Of a DNA stretch of 64,000 nucleotides, positions 26,418-40,649 are shown one piece after another (the first letter of the stretch is position 1; every line of letters begins with the position of its first letter). This DNA comes from Alphaproteobacteria bacterium. GTDB lineage: Bacteria > Pseudomonadota > Alphaproteobacteria > UBA8366. The DNA lies in contig JBMYRC010000009.1 in the NCBI GenBank assembly GCA_049601975.1, positions 414-64,413 on the forward strand, read 5' to 3'. Below the pieces are notes generated by a model. It was given only the letters and a program-made list of their open reading frames with translations. It was not told where the DNA came from and searched no databases. A program made the position numbers and the translations under genes.

Positions 26418-27248
26418 ATGCCGGAATTACCAGAAGTCGAAACCGTTTGCCGCGGCCTCAGGCCAAAGCTCGAAGGCCAGAAACTGGAGCGTGTGATCCA
26501 GCGGCGCGAGGATTTGCGTTTCCCGTTGCCGAATGATTTCGCCGCCCGCCTGACCGGCCGCACGGTCGAGCGGATCGAGCGGCGCGCTAAGTATATGCTA
26601 CTGCATCTCGATGACGGTTGGACCCTTTTGGGACATCTCGGCATGTCGGGCCGGATGACAATGATCGAGGGCGAGCCGCCCATCGCCGGCAAGCACGATC
26701 ATATCGAATTTCTGACCGGTGCAGGCACGACGGTCCGATACAATGATGCGCGGCGATTCGGCCTTATGGACCTGATTGAGACAGACCAGCTCGGGGCCCA
26801 TCCAATGCTACGAGATTTAGGCCCGGAGCCGCTCTCGAACGCTTTCAACGATACGGCACTGAGCGAGGCACTGCAGGGACGGCGCTCGCCTATCAAAGCC
26901 GCTTTGCTTGACCAAAAAATCGTCGCGGGGCTCGGCAACATATATGTCTGCGAGGCGTTGTTCCGGGCAGCGATCTCACCGCGTCGCAGCGCACATACGA
27001 TTCTCGGACGACGGGCCGAGAGATTGGTGCCGGCCATTCGCGATGTCTTGACCGCTGCCATTGCCGCCGGTGGATCTTCCTTGCGGGATTATGTGCAGGC
27101 GGACGGCGAGCTTGGATATTTCCAACATAATTGGCGGGCTTACGGCCGCGAGGGCGAGATCTGCGGGGAAGAGGGCTGCAGCGGCGTTATTTCTCGCATC
27201 GTGCAATCAGGACGGTCGACTTTTTATTGCGGAAAACACCAGAGATGA
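26418..27248 (+). CDS. mutM: formamidopyrimidine-DNA glycosylase
   Basis: MPELPEVE N-terminus, H2TH region ([20 protein letters not shown]) and a C-terminal zinc finger (see findings for the terminal Cys-to-His). Confidence 0.9.
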   Translation: MPELPEVETVCRGLRPKLEGQKLERVIQRREDLRFPLPNDFAARLTGRTVERIERRAKYMLLHLDDGWTLLGHLGMSGRMTMIEGEPPIAGKHDHIEFLTGAGTTVRYNDARRFGLMDLIETDQLGAHPMLRDLGPEPLSNAFNDTALSEALQGRRSPIKAALLDQKIVAGLGNIYVCEALFRAAISPRRSAHTILGRRAERLVPAIRDVLTAAIAAGGSSLRDYVQADGELGYFQHNWRAYGREGEICGEEGCSGVISRIVQSGRSTFYCGKHQR

Positions 27249-27264
27249 TCAAAGTGCGGCCATC

Positions 27265-27630
27265 ATGCCTCACCTTCTCATAAGCCTGCTCTTCGCCGGA
27301 TTGCTGGTGGCCCATGCCGTGGCCCCGGCGACCGCACAGGATTTCGTGCCGGGGTTCGAGGATATACCGGTCATGAGCGGCCTGCAGGTCGTACCAGGGT
27401 CGGGTCATGTCTTCGATTCGCCGGCCGGACGTCTGGTCGAAAGCCATACCCGCGGCACCACCGCCCGCAGCAAGGTAGAGGCGTTTTACGCCGAGACACT
27501 CCTCGCATTGGGATGGCAGCGAGTTTCGGTGGGAAAGTACCGCCGCGAGAATGAATTTTTAACGGTTACGACATCGGGAAAAGACGGAGACCTGACGGTC
27601 ACATTTCGGCTCTCACCGAGTCGCCCATAG
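27265..27630 (+). CDS. hypothetical secreted protein
   Basis: 121 aa from ATG 27265, with a signal peptide ([25 protein letters not shown]). No family recognised. Confidence 0.5.
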   Translation: MPHLLISLLFAGLLVAHAVAPATAQDFVPGFEDIPVMSGLQVVPGSGHVFDSPAGRLVESHTRGTTARSKVEAFYAETLLALGWQRVSVGKYRRENEFLTVTTSGKDGDLTVTFRLSPSRP

Positions 27631-27664
27631 CATTACACGAGACTTAAACGAGGAGAGCCTTTTC

Positions 27665-28441
27665 ATGGCCTATGAACATATTCTAGTCGAAACCCGCGGC
27701 TCCGTCGGGTTGATCACTCTGAAGCGCCCCAAAGCGATGAATGCATTGTGCGCCGATCTGGCGCGCGAAATCGCAGAGGCCGTCGATGCCTATGAAGCGG
27801 ATGACAATATCGGCGCGTTGGTGGTCACCGGTTCCGAGAAGGCGTTTTGCGCCGGCGCGGACATCAAGGAGATGTCCGATAAGAACTACATGGACGTTTA
27901 TAAAGAAGATTTCATCACGGTGAATTGGGAGCGCCTTTCCCATTGTCGCAAGCCGGTAATTGCCGCCGTGGCCGGATATGCGCTTGGAGGTGGGTGCGAG
28001 TTCGCCATGATGTGTGACTTCATCCTCGCCGCAGATACAGCCAAGTTCGGACAGCCGGAGATTCTGATCGGCACCATCCCCGGCGCCGGCGGTACCCAGC
28101 GACTGACCCGGTTCATCGGCAAGGCGAAAGCCATGGAGATGGTCATTACCGGGCGTATGATGGACGCCGAGGAAGCGGAACGCGCGGGATTGGTTAGCCG
28201 GATTATCCCTGCGGCCGAACTCGTCGAAGAAGCGATCAAGACGGCGGAGAAAATTTCCAACCTGTCACGACCAGTCGTCATGCTGGCGAAAGAATCGGTG
28301 AACCGCGCATACGAGACCACCTTGGCCGAAGGCGTGCGGTTTGAGCGCCGATTGTTCCATTCGACCTTCGCAACCGAGGATCAGAAAGAGGGCATGGCCG
28401 CATTCGCGGAGAAACGTACGGCCGACTTTAAACACCGCTGA
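27665..28441 (+). CDS. enoyl-CoA hydratase (crotonase family)
   Basis: 258 aa. [35 protein letters not shown]. Confidence 0.9.
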   Translation: MAYEHILVETRGSVGLITLKRPKAMNALCADLAREIAEAVDAYEADDNIGALVVTGSEKAFCAGADIKEMSDKNYMDVYKEDFITVNWERLSHCRKPVIAAVAGYALGGGCEFAMMCDFILAADTAKFGQPEILIGTIPGAGGTQRLTRFIGKAKAMEMVITGRMMDAEEAERAGLVSRIIPAAELVEEAIKTAEKISNLSRPVVMLAKESVNRAYETTLAEGVRFERRLFHSTFATEDQKEGMAAFAEKRTADFKHR

Positions 28442-28596
28442 TTTGGGCGGAAATTTTTAACACCGAGTCGCGGTGGGGCCGCAGTGATCTCGCATTCTGC
28501 TCGATTCCCTGGAAATCCCAGCGGTTCGGGCTTGACGGCAGGCCCGTACGGCTCTATACCCGCGCGGCTTGATACATATGACGAACGGAATTTGAA

Positions 28597-28857
28597 ATGG
28601 CTAACAGCCGATCCGCGAAGAAAAGAATCCGCCAAACAGAAACCCGCAGCGAGCGCAATCGCGCGCGCCGTAGTCGCGTCCGCAGCTATCTGCGCAAGGT
28701 CGAGGAAGCCATCGCCAGCGGCGACAAGGCGTCTGCCGAGACCGCATACAAGGAAGCCATGCCGGAATTGCATCGTGGCACGCAAAAGGGCGCATTTCAC
28801 CGCAATACGACCGGGCGTAAATTGTCCGGGCTCTCGCGACGCATCAACGCGATGTAA
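28597..28857 (+). CDS. rpsT: 30S ribosomal protein S20
   Basis: [26 protein letters not shown]... Confidence 0.95.
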   Translation: MANSRSAKKRIRQTETRSERNRARRSRVRSYLRKVEEAIASGDKASAETAYKEAMPELHRGTQKGAFHRNTTGRKLSGLSRRINAM

Positions 28858-28884
28858 AAATCGCGGATGCATGAAGCATTCAGG

Positions 28885-28918
28885 CGGCCGCCGGAGGTTT
28901 TCGGGCGGCCGTTTTTTT
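28885..28918 (+). terminator. rho-independent terminator of rpsT
   Basis: The 8-bp GC stem CGGCCGCC (28885-28892) pairs with GGCGGCCG (28904-28911) across an 11-nt loop. A T7 run follows at 28912-28918. Confidence 0.8.
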
Positions 28919-28959
28919 GCGCATATTTGGCGACATACGCCGCCCTAACCGATTCGTCG

Positions 28960-29220
28960 AGAGTCAATAAATTTATTTGAACTGTTCCCCTTTCAGTCCC
29001 GTTGCGGGCTCGATTAACCCCCGTTACATTTTATTATGTAGTTATCGTCTGGGGGAAACGTCGCATCAACTTCTTCAAGAGTTGTTAGTGTAATTATAGC
29101 CGCAATACTGTTGATGATAATAAAAAGTGATATAAAATGAAGTAATGAACTTCATTAATATTTACTGGATATTCTAAAGAGTATTGAAATTTCTACTCGC
29201 GTCAGCACCCGGAGGGTACA
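28960..29220. promoter_or_regulatory. AT-rich spacer upstream of dnaA (presumed dnaA promoter/regulatory region)
   Basis: A sharp drop in GC relative to the flanks. Contains a perfect 8-bp inverted repeat, AATGAAGT-N5-ACTTCATT, at 29136-29156. No 9-mer better than about 6/9 to TTATCCACA was found by eye. Confidence 0.4.
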
Positions 29221-29382
29221 GATGAAGTGGGAATGCGTTACCTCGAATTCGCTGCTCGCCGGGTTGGGAACCCGGAAACGAAGCGATCAGACACGTTGGG
29301 GGCTGGCCGCGATTTCGGACCGGTGTCGGAGCAATACCCGTCGCGCATTCGCGGACGGGAAATTATCGGGGTAACGATCCGG

Positions 29383-30729
29383 ATGGACGAGAAATTCACA
29401 ACTCAATGGGCGCGGATTCGGGGGAGACTACGGGCAGAGTACGGTGAGGCCGCCTATCGTAGCTGGCTGAAGCCCATGACCCTCATCGGTGTCGACGGCC
29501 GCCGTATCCGGATATCGGTGCCTACAATCTTCATGCGGGATTGGATTGAATCGCAATACGGCGAACGCTTGGCTAGTCTTTGGGCCATCGAGGGCCAAGC
29601 AATCGAAGGCGTTGATATCTTCGTGGCCGACGGCGGTGTGGCAATCGAGGCGCCCCTACCGGCGCCGAGTGCCGCCGCACTGCGTGAGACCAAGGCGCAA
29701 AACAACATTAGTGCGCCACTAGACCCTCGATTTACATTCGAGAATTTTATCGTCGGCAAACCAAACGAGTTGGCCTTCGCCGCCGCCCGGCGCGTAGCCG
29801 AGGCAGAGACGGCATCTTACAATCCGTTGTTTTTGTATGGGGGCGTTGGTCTCGGCAAAACGCACCTGATGCACGCCATTGCCTTACAACTGCGTAAAAC
29901 GCGGCCGGAAAAACATGTCCTCTATTTATCGGCTGAAAAGTTCATGTATCAGTTTATTCGGGCGCTGCGGTTCCGAGATACAGTGGCATTCAAGGAACAG
30001 TTCCGGTCGGTAGATATTCTGATGATCGACGATGTGCAATTCATCGCCGGCAAAGACAGTACTCAGGAGGAATTCTTTCATACTTTCAATGCTCTGGTTG
30101 ATCAGAACCGGCAGATTGTGATTTCCGCGGACAAATCGCCGAACGATTTGGAAGGCATGGAAGAACGCATGAAATCGCGACTCGGATGGGGGCTCGTCGC
30201 CGATATCCATCCAACAACCTACGAATTACGGTACGGCATTCTGCAGTCGAAGGCGGAAGATCTAGGGATCGAAATACCGCCGAAGATTTTGGAATTTCTC
30301 GCCCACAAAATTACCTCGAACGTGCGTGAGCTCGAAGGCGCGCTGAATCGCATCGTCGCCTATGCCAACTTGGTCGGCCGGACGATCACGCTGGAGACAA
30401 CACAGGAAGTCCTGCACGATATCCTGCGGGCGAACGACCGCAAGGTGACCATCGAAGAGATTCAAAAACGTGTCGCCGAGCATTTTAACATTCGGCTTTC
30501 CGAAATGTATTCTTCACGCCGCGCTCGTGCCGTCGCCCGGCCCCGGCAAATCGCTATGTATCTTTCAAAGCAGCTCACCGCCCGCTCCCTTCCGGAAATC
30601 GGCCGGAAATTTGGCGGGCGCGATCACACTACCGTCATGCATGCGGTGCGCAAAATCGAAGAATTGAAGGCCACTGATAACGGCTTTGGCGAGGATGTTG
30701 AATTGCTCCGGCGCATGTTAGAGACCTGA
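29383..30729 (+). CDS. dnaA: chromosomal replication initiator protein DnaA
   Basis: Walker [19 protein letters not shown], a sensor region, and the C-terminal DNA-binding [11 protein letters not shown]. Start placed at ATG 29383 ([12 protein letters not shown]); the ORF track offers an upstream GTG at 29227. Confidence 0.92.
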   Translation: MDEKFTTQWARIRGRLRAEYGEAAYRSWLKPMTLIGVDGRRIRISVPTIFMRDWIESQYGERLASLWAIEGQAIEGVDIFVADGGVAIEAPLPAPSAAALRETKAQNNISAPLDPRFTFENFIVGKPNELAFAAARRVAEAETASYNPLFLYGGVGLGKTHLMHAIALQLRKTRPEKHVLYLSAEKFMYQFIRALRFRDTVAFKEQFRSVDILMIDDVQFIAGKDSTQEEFFHTFNALVDQNRQIVISADKSPNDLEGMEERMKSRLGWGLVADIHPTTYELRYGILQSKAEDLGIEIPPKILEFLAHKITSNVRELEGALNRIVAYANLVGRTITLETTQEVLHDILRANDRKVTIEEIQKRVAEHFNIRLSEMYSSRRARAVARPRQIAMYLSKQLTARSLPEIGRKFGGRDHTTVMHAVRKIEELKATDNGFGEDVELLRRMLET

Positions 30730-30945
30730 TCTGGCCGACGGCCGCGATTCGGTGATTCCACGCCCGAAGAAAAGATGAAAATTCTTCCTTAGACCCCCTA
30801 AATATGTCGCAGATTCCGGCGACTCATGCTATAAATTGTGCCTTACTGGGTATAATGGCCTGATTAGGCGCAAAGGTGTCCCGTTCGGGGCCGCGTTAGG
30901 GTCGAAACATCTGCGTTAACATTCCGAATGGCATAAAAGACAACC

Positions 30946-32064
30946 ATGAAACTTACCATCGAACGCGCCGAGCTCTTTCGGTCTCTCGGTCACGTACAAA
31001 GTATTGTCGAACGCCGTAACACCATTCCGATTTTGTCCAATGTGCTGCTCAGCACCAATGAAGGCCGCCTCGGCCTGACCGCAACGGACATGGATATCGC
31101 CATCGTCGAATCCGTCGACGCCATTATCGAGACTCCGGGCTCGACGACCGCGCCGGCGCATACGCTATACGATATTGTGCGAAAACTACCGGACGGCGCG
31201 CAAATCGAGCTTGATACCGGTAATGGCGATGGACAAATGACGCTGCGAGCAGGTCGCTCGGAGTTTACATTGCAAACCCTGCCGACCGAGGACTTTCCGC
31301 AAACGGATGGCGGTGACTTGCCGCATCGGTTTGCTCTTCCAGCGGCGGAATTGCGTGGCCTTGTCGATCGCACGCGCTTCGCCATCTCGACGGAGGAGAC
31401 GCGCTATTATCTGAACGGTATCTTCATGCACACGACCTCTTCGGAGGGCAACGACGTCATGCGGACTGTCGCGACCGACGGCCACCGACTCGCGCGTGTC
31501 GAAATGCCCGTGCCGCAAGGTGCGGCGGGAATGCCCGGTATCATCATTCCTCGTAAGACCGTGAACGAGTTGCGCAAACTAATTGACGAAATTACCGGCG
31601 ATATCAATATCGCTCTCTCAGAGACTAGCGTCCGCTTTGCCTTCAACAACGCTGTGCTCACGTCGAAACTGATCGACGGCACATTCCCAGATTACGAACG
31701 GGTCATTCCGACCGGCAACGACAAAACCTTGAATGTGGATTGCCGCAGTTTTGCCGAAGCGGTCGACCGTGTCGCAACGATTTCCACCGAGAAATCGCGC
31801 GCTGTAAAACTCGCAGTAGCAAGGAATAACTTGGTGCTAACAGCATCCAGCCCAGATAACGGCACCGCGCGCGAGGAAATCTCCGTCGATTACGATGCCG
31901 CCGCCATCGAAATTGGGTTCAATGCCCGCTACCTACTCGACATAGCACAACAGATCGAAGGCGGTGAGGCCGAGTTTATCGTCGCCGACGCCGCGTCGCC
32001 AACGATCGTTCGTGATAGCGGGGACGATAGCGCGCTCTACGTCCTGATGCCGATGCGGGTCTAG
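30946..32064 (+). CDS. dnaN: DNA polymerase III beta sliding clamp
   Basis: 372 aa. MKLTIERAEL...TIPILSNVLL...ATDGHRLA. Canonical position after dnaA. Confidence 0.95.
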   Translation: MKLTIERAELFRSLGHVQSIVERRNTIPILSNVLLSTNEGRLGLTATDMDIAIVESVDAIIETPGSTTAPAHTLYDIVRKLPDGAQIELDTGNGDGQMTLRAGRSEFTLQTLPTEDFPQTDGGDLPHRFALPAAELRGLVDRTRFAISTEETRYYLNGIFMHTTSSEGNDVMRTVATDGHRLARVEMPVPQGAAGMPGIIIPRKTVNELRKLIDEITGDINIALSETSVRFAFNNAVLTSKLIDGTFPDYERVIPTGNDKTLNVDCRSFAEAVDRVATISTEKSRAVKLAVARNNLVLTASSPDNGTAREEISVDYDAAAIEIGFNARYLLDIAQQIEGGEAEFIVADAASPTIVRDSGDDSALYVLMPMRV

Positions 32065-32132
32065 GGGGAAACATTCTGGCCAACGCAACATCGCTGATAG
32101 CGCCCGCGGCGCTTTCACTTGCCGTAACCCGT

Positions 32133-33242
32133 TTGCGGTTGACGGATTTTCGCAACTACAAATCGCTGGCGCTGGACCTGGAGCCGGTCCCGGTGATCGC
32201 AACAGGCCGAAACGGCGCGGGTAAAACCAATTTACTCGAGGCGATTTCGTTCCTGTCCCCGGGCCGGGGTTTGCGACAGGCCCGGCTATCAGACATCGAC
32301 ATCAAACCGACAGGCCTATCTAACGCTACGGGCGGATGGGCGGTCGCGGCGACCGTCGAGACCATCCACGGCCCCATTGAAATTGGCACCGGGCGAATGG
32401 CGCAAGACGAAAAACGCGTGGTGCGTATCTCCGGCGCTCCGGCGAAGAGCCAATCGGTTCTGGCAGAATATGTGGGCGCAGTGTGGCTGACACCGCAGAT
32501 GGACCGCATATTAGTTGACGGACCCTCCGGACGGCGACGGCTCTTGGATCGGTTGGCGTTCGGCTTCGACTCCGCACATGCAGGCCGGGTCAGCGCCTAT
32601 GAAAGTGCAATGCGGCAACGAGGACGATTGCTACGGGAAGGGGCCGGCGACGATGTTTGGCTTGGCGTACTTGAAAGCACAATGGCGGAACGTGGCGTCG
32701 CCATTGCCGCCGCACGACGCGAGATCGCCGACAGACTCAATCGGGCATGTGCGATTGGAGAGGGGCCGTTTCCGCAGGCGCAACTGATGGTGGACGGCAC
32801 CTTGGAAGCCTGGCTGGAGACACTGCCGGCATTGGATGTGGAAGAACGTATGCGACACGCACTTGCAGAAAGCCGCCGTGCAGAAGCGGAAAACGCGCGC
32901 GCTCCCGTCGGCCCGCATCGCTCGGATTTGCAAGTACGTCATGTGGAAAAGGACCAGCCCGCCGACCGCTGTTCGACAGGCGAGCAGAAAGCTTTGCTTA
33001 TCGCCATTGTGCTTGCCGATGCGCGCCTGCGCGCCGCGGAGCGCGATGCTGCGCCGCTGTTACTATTGGACGAAGTGGCGGCACACCTTGATCGCGATCG
33101 CAGAGAAGCTTTGTTCGACGAAATTTATGGCCTGAACGCCCAAGTTTGGCTGACTGGTACTGATGTAACGACTTTCGATGGAATGCGGGATAGGGCGCAA
33201 TTTCTGAATGTTCAGGATGGATGCGCCCGCCTGATATCGTAA
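32133..33242 (+). CDS. recF: DNA replication/repair protein RecF
   Basis: FRNY, Walker A GRNGAGKTNLLEAISFL, signature GEQK, LLLLDEV. The start is uncertain. TTG 32133 is the ORF-track start, but the in-frame upstream sequence (..LIAPAALSLAVTRLRLTDFRNY) looks RecF-like and has no ATG/GTG. Confidence 0.85.
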   Translation: MRLTDFRNYKSLALDLEPVPVIATGRNGAGKTNLLEAISFLSPGRGLRQARLSDIDIKPTGLSNATGGWAVAATVETIHGPIEIGTGRMAQDEKRVVRISGAPAKSQSVLAEYVGAVWLTPQMDRILVDGPSGRRRLLDRLAFGFDSAHAGRVSAYESAMRQRGRLLREGAGDDVWLGVLESTMAERGVAIAAARREIADRLNRACAIGEGPFPQAQLMVDGTLEAWLETLPALDVEERMRHALAESRRAEAENARAPVGPHRSDLQVRHVEKDQPADRCSTGEQKALLIAIVLADARLRAAERDAAPLLLLDEVAAHLDRDRREALFDEIYGLNAQVWLTGTDVTTFDGMRDRAQFLNVQDGCARLIS

Positions 33243-33252
33243 GAGAAAATAG

Positions 33253-35697
<2,445 letters not shown>

Positions 35698-35790
35698 ACC
35701 GGTGATGCCCTCGGCATTGTCTTCGCCGCCGAGCTACGATAAAGGTAGCCGTGTCAAAGTCTTCTGTGAGATGGCGGGAAGGAACCGATC

Positions 35791-36312
35791 GTGACGTTTG
35801 AACAAAAAAATAGCTACACTTTCGAAGAACTTCTCGAGTGTGGCCACGGTCACATGTTTGGCGGGGGAAACGCGCAATTGCCATTGCCGCCGTTTCTAAT
35901 GATGGATCGTATCACCGACATTAAAGCCGATGGCGGGCCTCACGGTAAGGGCTCTATTACCGCCGAACTCGATATTAATCCGGAACTCTGGTTCTTTAAA
36001 TGTCATTTCGAGAATGATCCCGTCATGCCGGGTTGTCTCGGTCTGGACGCCATGTGGCAAATGGTCGGATTTTTCCTGGGGTGGCTTGGCGGGCTCGGGC
36101 GCGGGCGAGCAATTAGCGTCGGCGAGGTCAAGTTTTCCGGTCAAGTTCTCGATACAGCGAAGAAACTAACTTATCAAATCAATATGAAACGGGTGATTAT
36201 GCGTAAGCTGGTGATGGGGATTGCTGACGGCGTGATGAACGTCGACGGAGAGCCCATCTACGAGGCGAAAGATATTCGCGTCGGCCTGTTCACCCCCAGC
36301 GAACAATCCTGA
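35791..36312 (+). CDS. fabA: 3-hydroxydecanoyl-ACP dehydratase/isomerase
   Basis: [23 protein letters not shown] active-site region. GTG start. Confidence 0.9.
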   Translation: MTFEQKNSYTFEELLECGHGHMFGGGNAQLPLPPFLMMDRITDIKADGGPHGKGSITAELDINPELWFFKCHFENDPVMPGCLGLDAMWQMVGFFLGWLGGLGRGRAISVGEVKFSGQVLDTAKKLTYQINMKRVIMRKLVMGIADGVMNVDGEPIYEAKDIRVGLFTPSEQS

Positions 36313-36322
36313 TGGAGCTGTC

Positions 36323-37540
36323 ATGCGACGGGTAGTCGTCACTGGACTCGGTATCGTTTCCTGTATCGGAAACAACAAGTCAGAAGTCCTAGAATCATTA
36401 AAGGCTGGTACTTCCGGCATTGAAAATTGTGAAAAATACGCGGAACTTGGCTTTCGCAGCCATGTTCATGGCCGCGTCAAACTGAATGTCGAAGATTTCT
36501 TGGACCGCAAGGTCCGACGATTCCTTGGTGATGGCGCCGCGTATAACTTTATCGCGATGCAGCAAGCCATCGAAGATTCCGGCCTCGAAGAGTCAGACAT
36601 CTCAAACGAGCGAACGGGTCTGATTATGGGCTCGGGCGGACCGTCGACCAAGAACCTGCTTTGGTCTTGGGATACGCTGCGCGAAAAATCCGCGAAACGC
36701 GTTGGCCCGTATATGGTGCCTCGCACGATGTCGAGCACCAACTCTGCGACGCTGGCGACACCATTCAAGATTAAGGGCGTGAACTATTCGATCACTTCGG
36801 CTTGCGCCACCAGCACCCATTGCATCGGCAACGCGGCAGAACTTATCCAATTCGGCAAGCAGGACATTATCTTTGCCGGTGGTGGCGAGGAATTGGATTG
36901 GACCATGACCTTGTTGTTTGACGCCATGCCGGCCCTGTCATCAAAATATAACGATACGCCGACAACTGCCAGTCGACCTTACGACGCCAACCGGGACGGC
37001 TTCGTCATCGCCGGGGGCGGCGGCACGGTGGTTCTTGAAGAATTGGAGCACGCCCTTGCGCGCAGCGCTAAAATTTATGGCGAAGTTGTCGGGTATGCTG
37101 CTACATCCGATGGCTATGATATGGTGCAGCCCTCTTCCGAAGGCGCTATGCGATGCATGCGTCTTGCCATCTCCGGCTTGAATGACCCTGTCACCTATAT
37201 CAATACCCATGGCACCAGCACACCTGTTGGAGACATCAGCGAATTGAAAGCAATTCGTGAAGTTTTTGGCGACAATGTGCCGAAAATTAGTGCGACGAAA
37301 TCTCTGACCGGGCACTCCCTTGGCGCGACCGGCGTCCACGAAGCCGTGTATTCGCTCCTAATGATGGAAAACCGGTTTATCGCCGGTTCAGCAAATATCG
37401 AGAATATGGACCCCGAAGCGGAAGCCTTCCCGATTGTCCAGGAGTGCGAAGAGGACGTGGATCTCGACATCGTCATGTCGAATAGTTTCGGTTTCGGTGG
37501 CACCAACGGCACATTAGTTTTCCGCCGTTATCAGTCCTAA
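36323..37540 (+). CDS. fabB: beta-ketoacyl-ACP synthase I
   Basis: 405 aa. SACATS active-site Cys, [17 protein letters not shown]. Follows fabA. Confidence 0.9.
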   Translation: MRRVVVTGLGIVSCIGNNKSEVLESLKAGTSGIENCEKYAELGFRSHVHGRVKLNVEDFLDRKVRRFLGDGAAYNFIAMQQAIEDSGLEESDISNERTGLIMGSGGPSTKNLLWSWDTLREKSAKRVGPYMVPRTMSSTNSATLATPFKIKGVNYSITSACATSTHCIGNAAELIQFGKQDIIFAGGGEELDWTMTLLFDAMPALSSKYNDTPTTASRPYDANRDGFVIAGGGGTVVLEELEHALARSAKIYGEVVGYAATSDGYDMVQPSSEGAMRCMRLAISGLNDPVTYINTHGTSTPVGDISELKAIREVFGDNVPKISATKSLTGHSLGATGVHEAVYSLLMMENRFIAGSANIENMDPEAEAFPIVQECEEDVDLDIVMSNSFGFGGTNGTLVFRRYQS

Positions 37541-37613
37541 AGCGACGGCAGCCAAACCCGTGTCCGACATCCCAACAGAAACCGAGGGTCCAAGCCTGAG
37601 CGCTAATCCCCTA

Positions 37614-38387
37614 ATGTCCGGCAAACGTGGGCTTATCATGGGTGTCGCCAATGATCATTCGATTGCCTGGGGAATTGCTGAATTTCTGCATAGCCACGGC
37701 GCCGAACTGGCTTTCACCTATCAAGGCGAAGCACTTGGTCGGCGGGTTCAGCCATTGGCGGAATCGGTTGGCTCGAACATTGTCGTCCCGTGTGACGTCT
37801 CGGAGGCCGGGAGCCTCGACGCCGCTTTCGATGCTGTTGCCAAGGAATGGTCGGAAATTGATTTCGTCGTCCACGCGATCGCTTATTCCGATAAGGAAGA
37901 GTTGAAGGGAAGTTACATCGATACGTCGCGGGAGAATTTCCTGCACACGCTCGATGTCTCCTGCTATTCGTTCACTGCCGTGGCGCAACGCGCCACGCGG
38001 TTTATGGCACATGGCGGTAGCCTACTGACTCTTACCTATGACGGCTCACAGCGCGTCATGCCGAATTACAATGTGATGGGTGTAGCGAAAGCTGCACTTG
38101 AGGCGAGTGTGCGATATCTCGCCACCGATCTCGGCGGAAAAGGTATTCGCGTGAATGCGATTTCGGCAGGACCCATGCGTACTTTGGCGGGTTCCGCCAT
38201 CGGCAGCGCGCGGTTCGTATTCAAATGGCAGGGTGAGAATTCGCCACTGCGCCGCAATGTGACCTTGGACGATATTGGCGGGGCCGGCGTGTATTTGCTC
38301 TCCGATCTCTCCGGCGCTGTTACCGGCGAAGTCCTATACGTGGATAACGGCTATAATGTCGTCGGCATGGCGGCGACACCGGCCTAA
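37614..38387 (+). CDS. fabI: enoyl-ACP reductase (NADH)
   Basis: MSGKRGLIMGVANDHSIAWGIA, plus the Y..M....K catalytic region (YNVMGVAKAALE). An alternative GTG start at 37560 adds 18 aa. Confidence 0.9.
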   Translation: MSGKRGLIMGVANDHSIAWGIAEFLHSHGAELAFTYQGEALGRRVQPLAESVGSNIVVPCDVSEAGSLDAAFDAVAKEWSEIDFVVHAIAYSDKEELKGSYIDTSRENFLHTLDVSCYSFTAVAQRATRFMAHGGSLLTLTYDGSQRVMPNYNVMGVAKAALEASVRYLATDLGGKGIRVNAISAGPMRTLAGSAIGSARFVFKWQGENSPLRRNVTLDDIGGAGVYLLSDLSGAVTGEVLYVDNGYNVVGMAATPA

Positions 38388-38430
38388 AGCGTTCCGTCAC
38401 CTCACTCTTCCAATATAAACCTCAATGAAA

Positions 38431-38457
38431 AACGCGGCGGAACAAGTCCACCGCGTT
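38431..38457. terminator. bidirectional hairpin terminator between convergent fabI and pnp
   Basis: AACGCGGCGGA / TCCACCGCGTT stem (10 bp plus 1 mismatch, 5-nt loop). On the minus-strand transcript it is followed by U5, on the plus strand by UUUCU. Confidence 0.6.
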
Positions 38458-38486
38458 TCTATATCCGGGATATCTTTCCGGCAATT

Positions 38487-40649
38487 TTAGTCTTCGTTGC
38501 GAGCACGGCCGCGGCGCGGCCGATCGCCACGCGGCGCTCGGGGCTCGACTTCAATTTCCTCACCAGTCTCCTGGTTGACCGACCGCATGGACAATTTAAC
38601 CTTGCCGCGATCATCGAGACCGATAACTTTGACCTTTACCTCATCGCCAAGCGTGACGATATCGCCAACTTCACCAACGCGCTCTTGAGCCAGCTCGGAA
38701 ATATGGACAAGACCATCTTTGCTGCCGAGGAAGTTCACAAAAGCGCCAAAGTCCATCAGCTTCACAACCTTACCGTTGTAAATCGTGCCGACTTCCGGCT
38801 CGGCAACAATGCCATTGATCCAATCGATCGCTCTCTGGCCGGCTTCTCCGTCGACAGCCGCAACCTTGATTGTGCCGTCGTCTTCAATGTCAACCTTGGC
38901 GCCGGTGACTTCGCAAATCTCGCGAATGACCTTACCGCCGGTTCCGATGACTTCACGGATCTTATCGCGCGGAATGGACATCGTTGTGATGCGGGGCGCG
39001 TTGTCGGACACGCTTTCACGTGCCGCGTTAATTGCCCGCTCCATCTCGCCAAGAATATGCAAACGTCCGTCCTTGGCTTGGCCAAGAGCGATTTGCATGA
39101 TTTCCTCGGTAATCGAAGTGATCTTAATGTCCATCTGCAACGAGGTGACACCCTTCAAGGTACCAGCGACCTTGAAGTCCATATCACCAAGATGATCCTC
39201 ATCGCCCAAGATATCGGAGAGAACGGCGAAATCATCTGCTTCCTTGATCAAACCCATGGCGATGCCGGCGACTGGATTGCCGAGCGGTACGCCTGCGTCC
39301 ATCAAGGACATCGACGACCCACAAACCGTCGCCATCGAAGACGATCCGTTCGATTCCGTGACTTCCGAGACAACACGCATCGTGTAGGGAAATTCTTCCT
39401 TGGTTGGCAGCAACGGCCGAACAGCGCGCCACGCGAGCTTGCCATGGCCAATTTCACGACGACCCGGAGAACGCAAGAACGATGCTTCACCAACCGAGTA
39501 AGGCGGGAAGTTGTAGTGAAGCATGAAGGCTTCGCGATACTCACCTTCAAGCGCATCGATGATCTGTTCATCTTGTCCGGTGCCAAGCGTTGTAACCACA
39601 AGCGCTTGCGTCTCACCCCTGGTAAACAAGGCTGAGCCATGCGCGCGCGGCAATACGCCAACCTCGCAGTTGATTTGGCGTACCGTCTTGGTGTCGCGTC
39701 CATCGATCCGCTGGCCGGTCTTAATGATGCTGCCCCGGACGATGTCTTTTTCTACCTTCTTGAAGACGCCAGCGCCGATTTCCAAATCGAGCTCTTCTGC
39801 CTCGAGAGCCGTCATGACAGTCTTGCGCGCGGCGCTCAACGCCTCCACGCGATCCTGTTTGACGATGATTTGGTAGGCTGCGGTCACAGGCTCCGTTGCA
39901 AGTTCCTTCACCCGCGCGGCGACCGTATCATACTGCTCCGGTGCACTCGGCAGATCCCAGGGCTCCTTAGCACAGCTTTCGGCGAGTTCGATGATTGCGT
40001 CGATAACCGGTTGGCTTTGTTGATGCCCGAAGGTCACCGCTTTCAACATCGTCTCTTCGTCAAGCTCTTGAGCTTCCGATTCAACCATCATCACACCCGC
40101 ACTCGTTCCGGCGACGATGAGATCGAGAGTCGATTCCTCCATTTGATCTTGGCGCGGATTAAGGACGAATTCCCCTTCAATGCGACCAACGCGGCAGCCT
40201 GCAATGGGGCCCATGAAAGGCACACCGGAAATTGTCAACGCCGCGGAAGAGCCGATCAACGCGACGATGTCCGGGTCGTTTTCCAGATCGTGCGCCAGAA
40301 CAGTGCATATGACTTGGGTTTCGTTACGGAATCCGTCCGGGAACAACGGCCGGATCGGCCGATCGATCAAGCGCGAGGTTAACGTCTCCTTCTCCGAAGG
40401 GCGCCCTTCGCGCTTAAAGAAGCCACCCGGAATTTTACCAGCGGCAAATGTCTTTTCTTGATAGTTAACCGTCAAAGGAAAGAAATCTTGACCTGGACGG
40501 GCCGAACGGTTGGCCACAGCCGTGCACAATACCTGGGTCTCGCCATATGTCACGAGTACCGCGCCATCGGCCTGACGGGCAATTTTTCCCGTCTCAATGA
40601 TCAGCGGGCGTCCGCCCCAGTTAATTTCCTTACGTGTAATATTAAACAT
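38487..40649 (-). CDS. pnp: polyribonucleotide nucleotidyltransferase (PNPase)
   Basis: 720 aa. Two RNase PH domains, KH and S1 domains, and a basic C-terminal tail. Confidence 0.95.
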   Translation of the reverse strand: MFNITRKEINWGGRPLIIETGKIARQADGAVLVTYGETQVLCTAVANRSARPGQDFFPLTVNYQEKTFAAGKIPGGFFKREGRPSEKETLTSRLIDRPIRPLFPDGFRNETQVICTVLAHDLENDPDIVALIGSSAALTISGVPFMGPIAGCRVGRIEGEFVLNPRQDQMEESTLDLIVAGTSAGVMMVESEAQELDEETMLKAVTFGHQQSQPVIDAIIELAESCAKEPWDLPSAPEQYDTVAARVKELATEPVTAAYQIIVKQDRVEALSAARKTVMTALEAEELDLEIGAGVFKKVEKDIVRGSIIKTGQRIDGRDTKTVRQINCEVGVLPRAHGSALFTRGETQALVVTTLGTGQDEQIIDALEGEYREAFMLHYNFPPYSVGEASFLRSPGRREIGHGKLAWRAVRPLLPTKEEFPYTMRVVSEVTESNGSSSMATVCGSSMSLMDAGVPLGNPVAGIAMGLIKEADDFAVLSDILGDEDHLGDMDFKVAGTLKGVTSLQMDIKITSITEEIMQIALGQAKDGRLHILGEMERAINAARESVSDNAPRITTMSIPRDKIREVIGTGGKVIREICEVTGAKVDIEDDGTIKVAAVDGEAGQRAIDWINGIVAEPEVGTIYNGKVVKLMDFGAFVNFLGSKDGLVHISELAQERVGEVGDIVTLGDEVKVKVIGLDDRGKVKLSMRSVNQETGEEIEVEPRAPRGDRPRRGRARNED

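Noticed and set aside
28860-29382. The rpsT-dnaA AT-rich spacer as the chromosomal origin (oriC)
   Set aside because: I could not find any DnaA-box 9-mer better than about 6/9 to TTATCCACA. Gene orientation does not switch here: pnp through the nitroreductase gene, 38-60 kb, are all on the minus strand to the right of dnaA. Alphaproteobacterial origins are often near hemE rather than dnaA. A GC-skew and DnaA-box scan is needed before any origin claim.
29227-29382. 52-aa N-terminal extension of DnaA from GTG 29227
   Set aside because: The conserved DnaA domain I begins at [12 protein letters not shown] (ATG 29383). The extension has no DnaA-like sequence. It is kept only as an alternative start.
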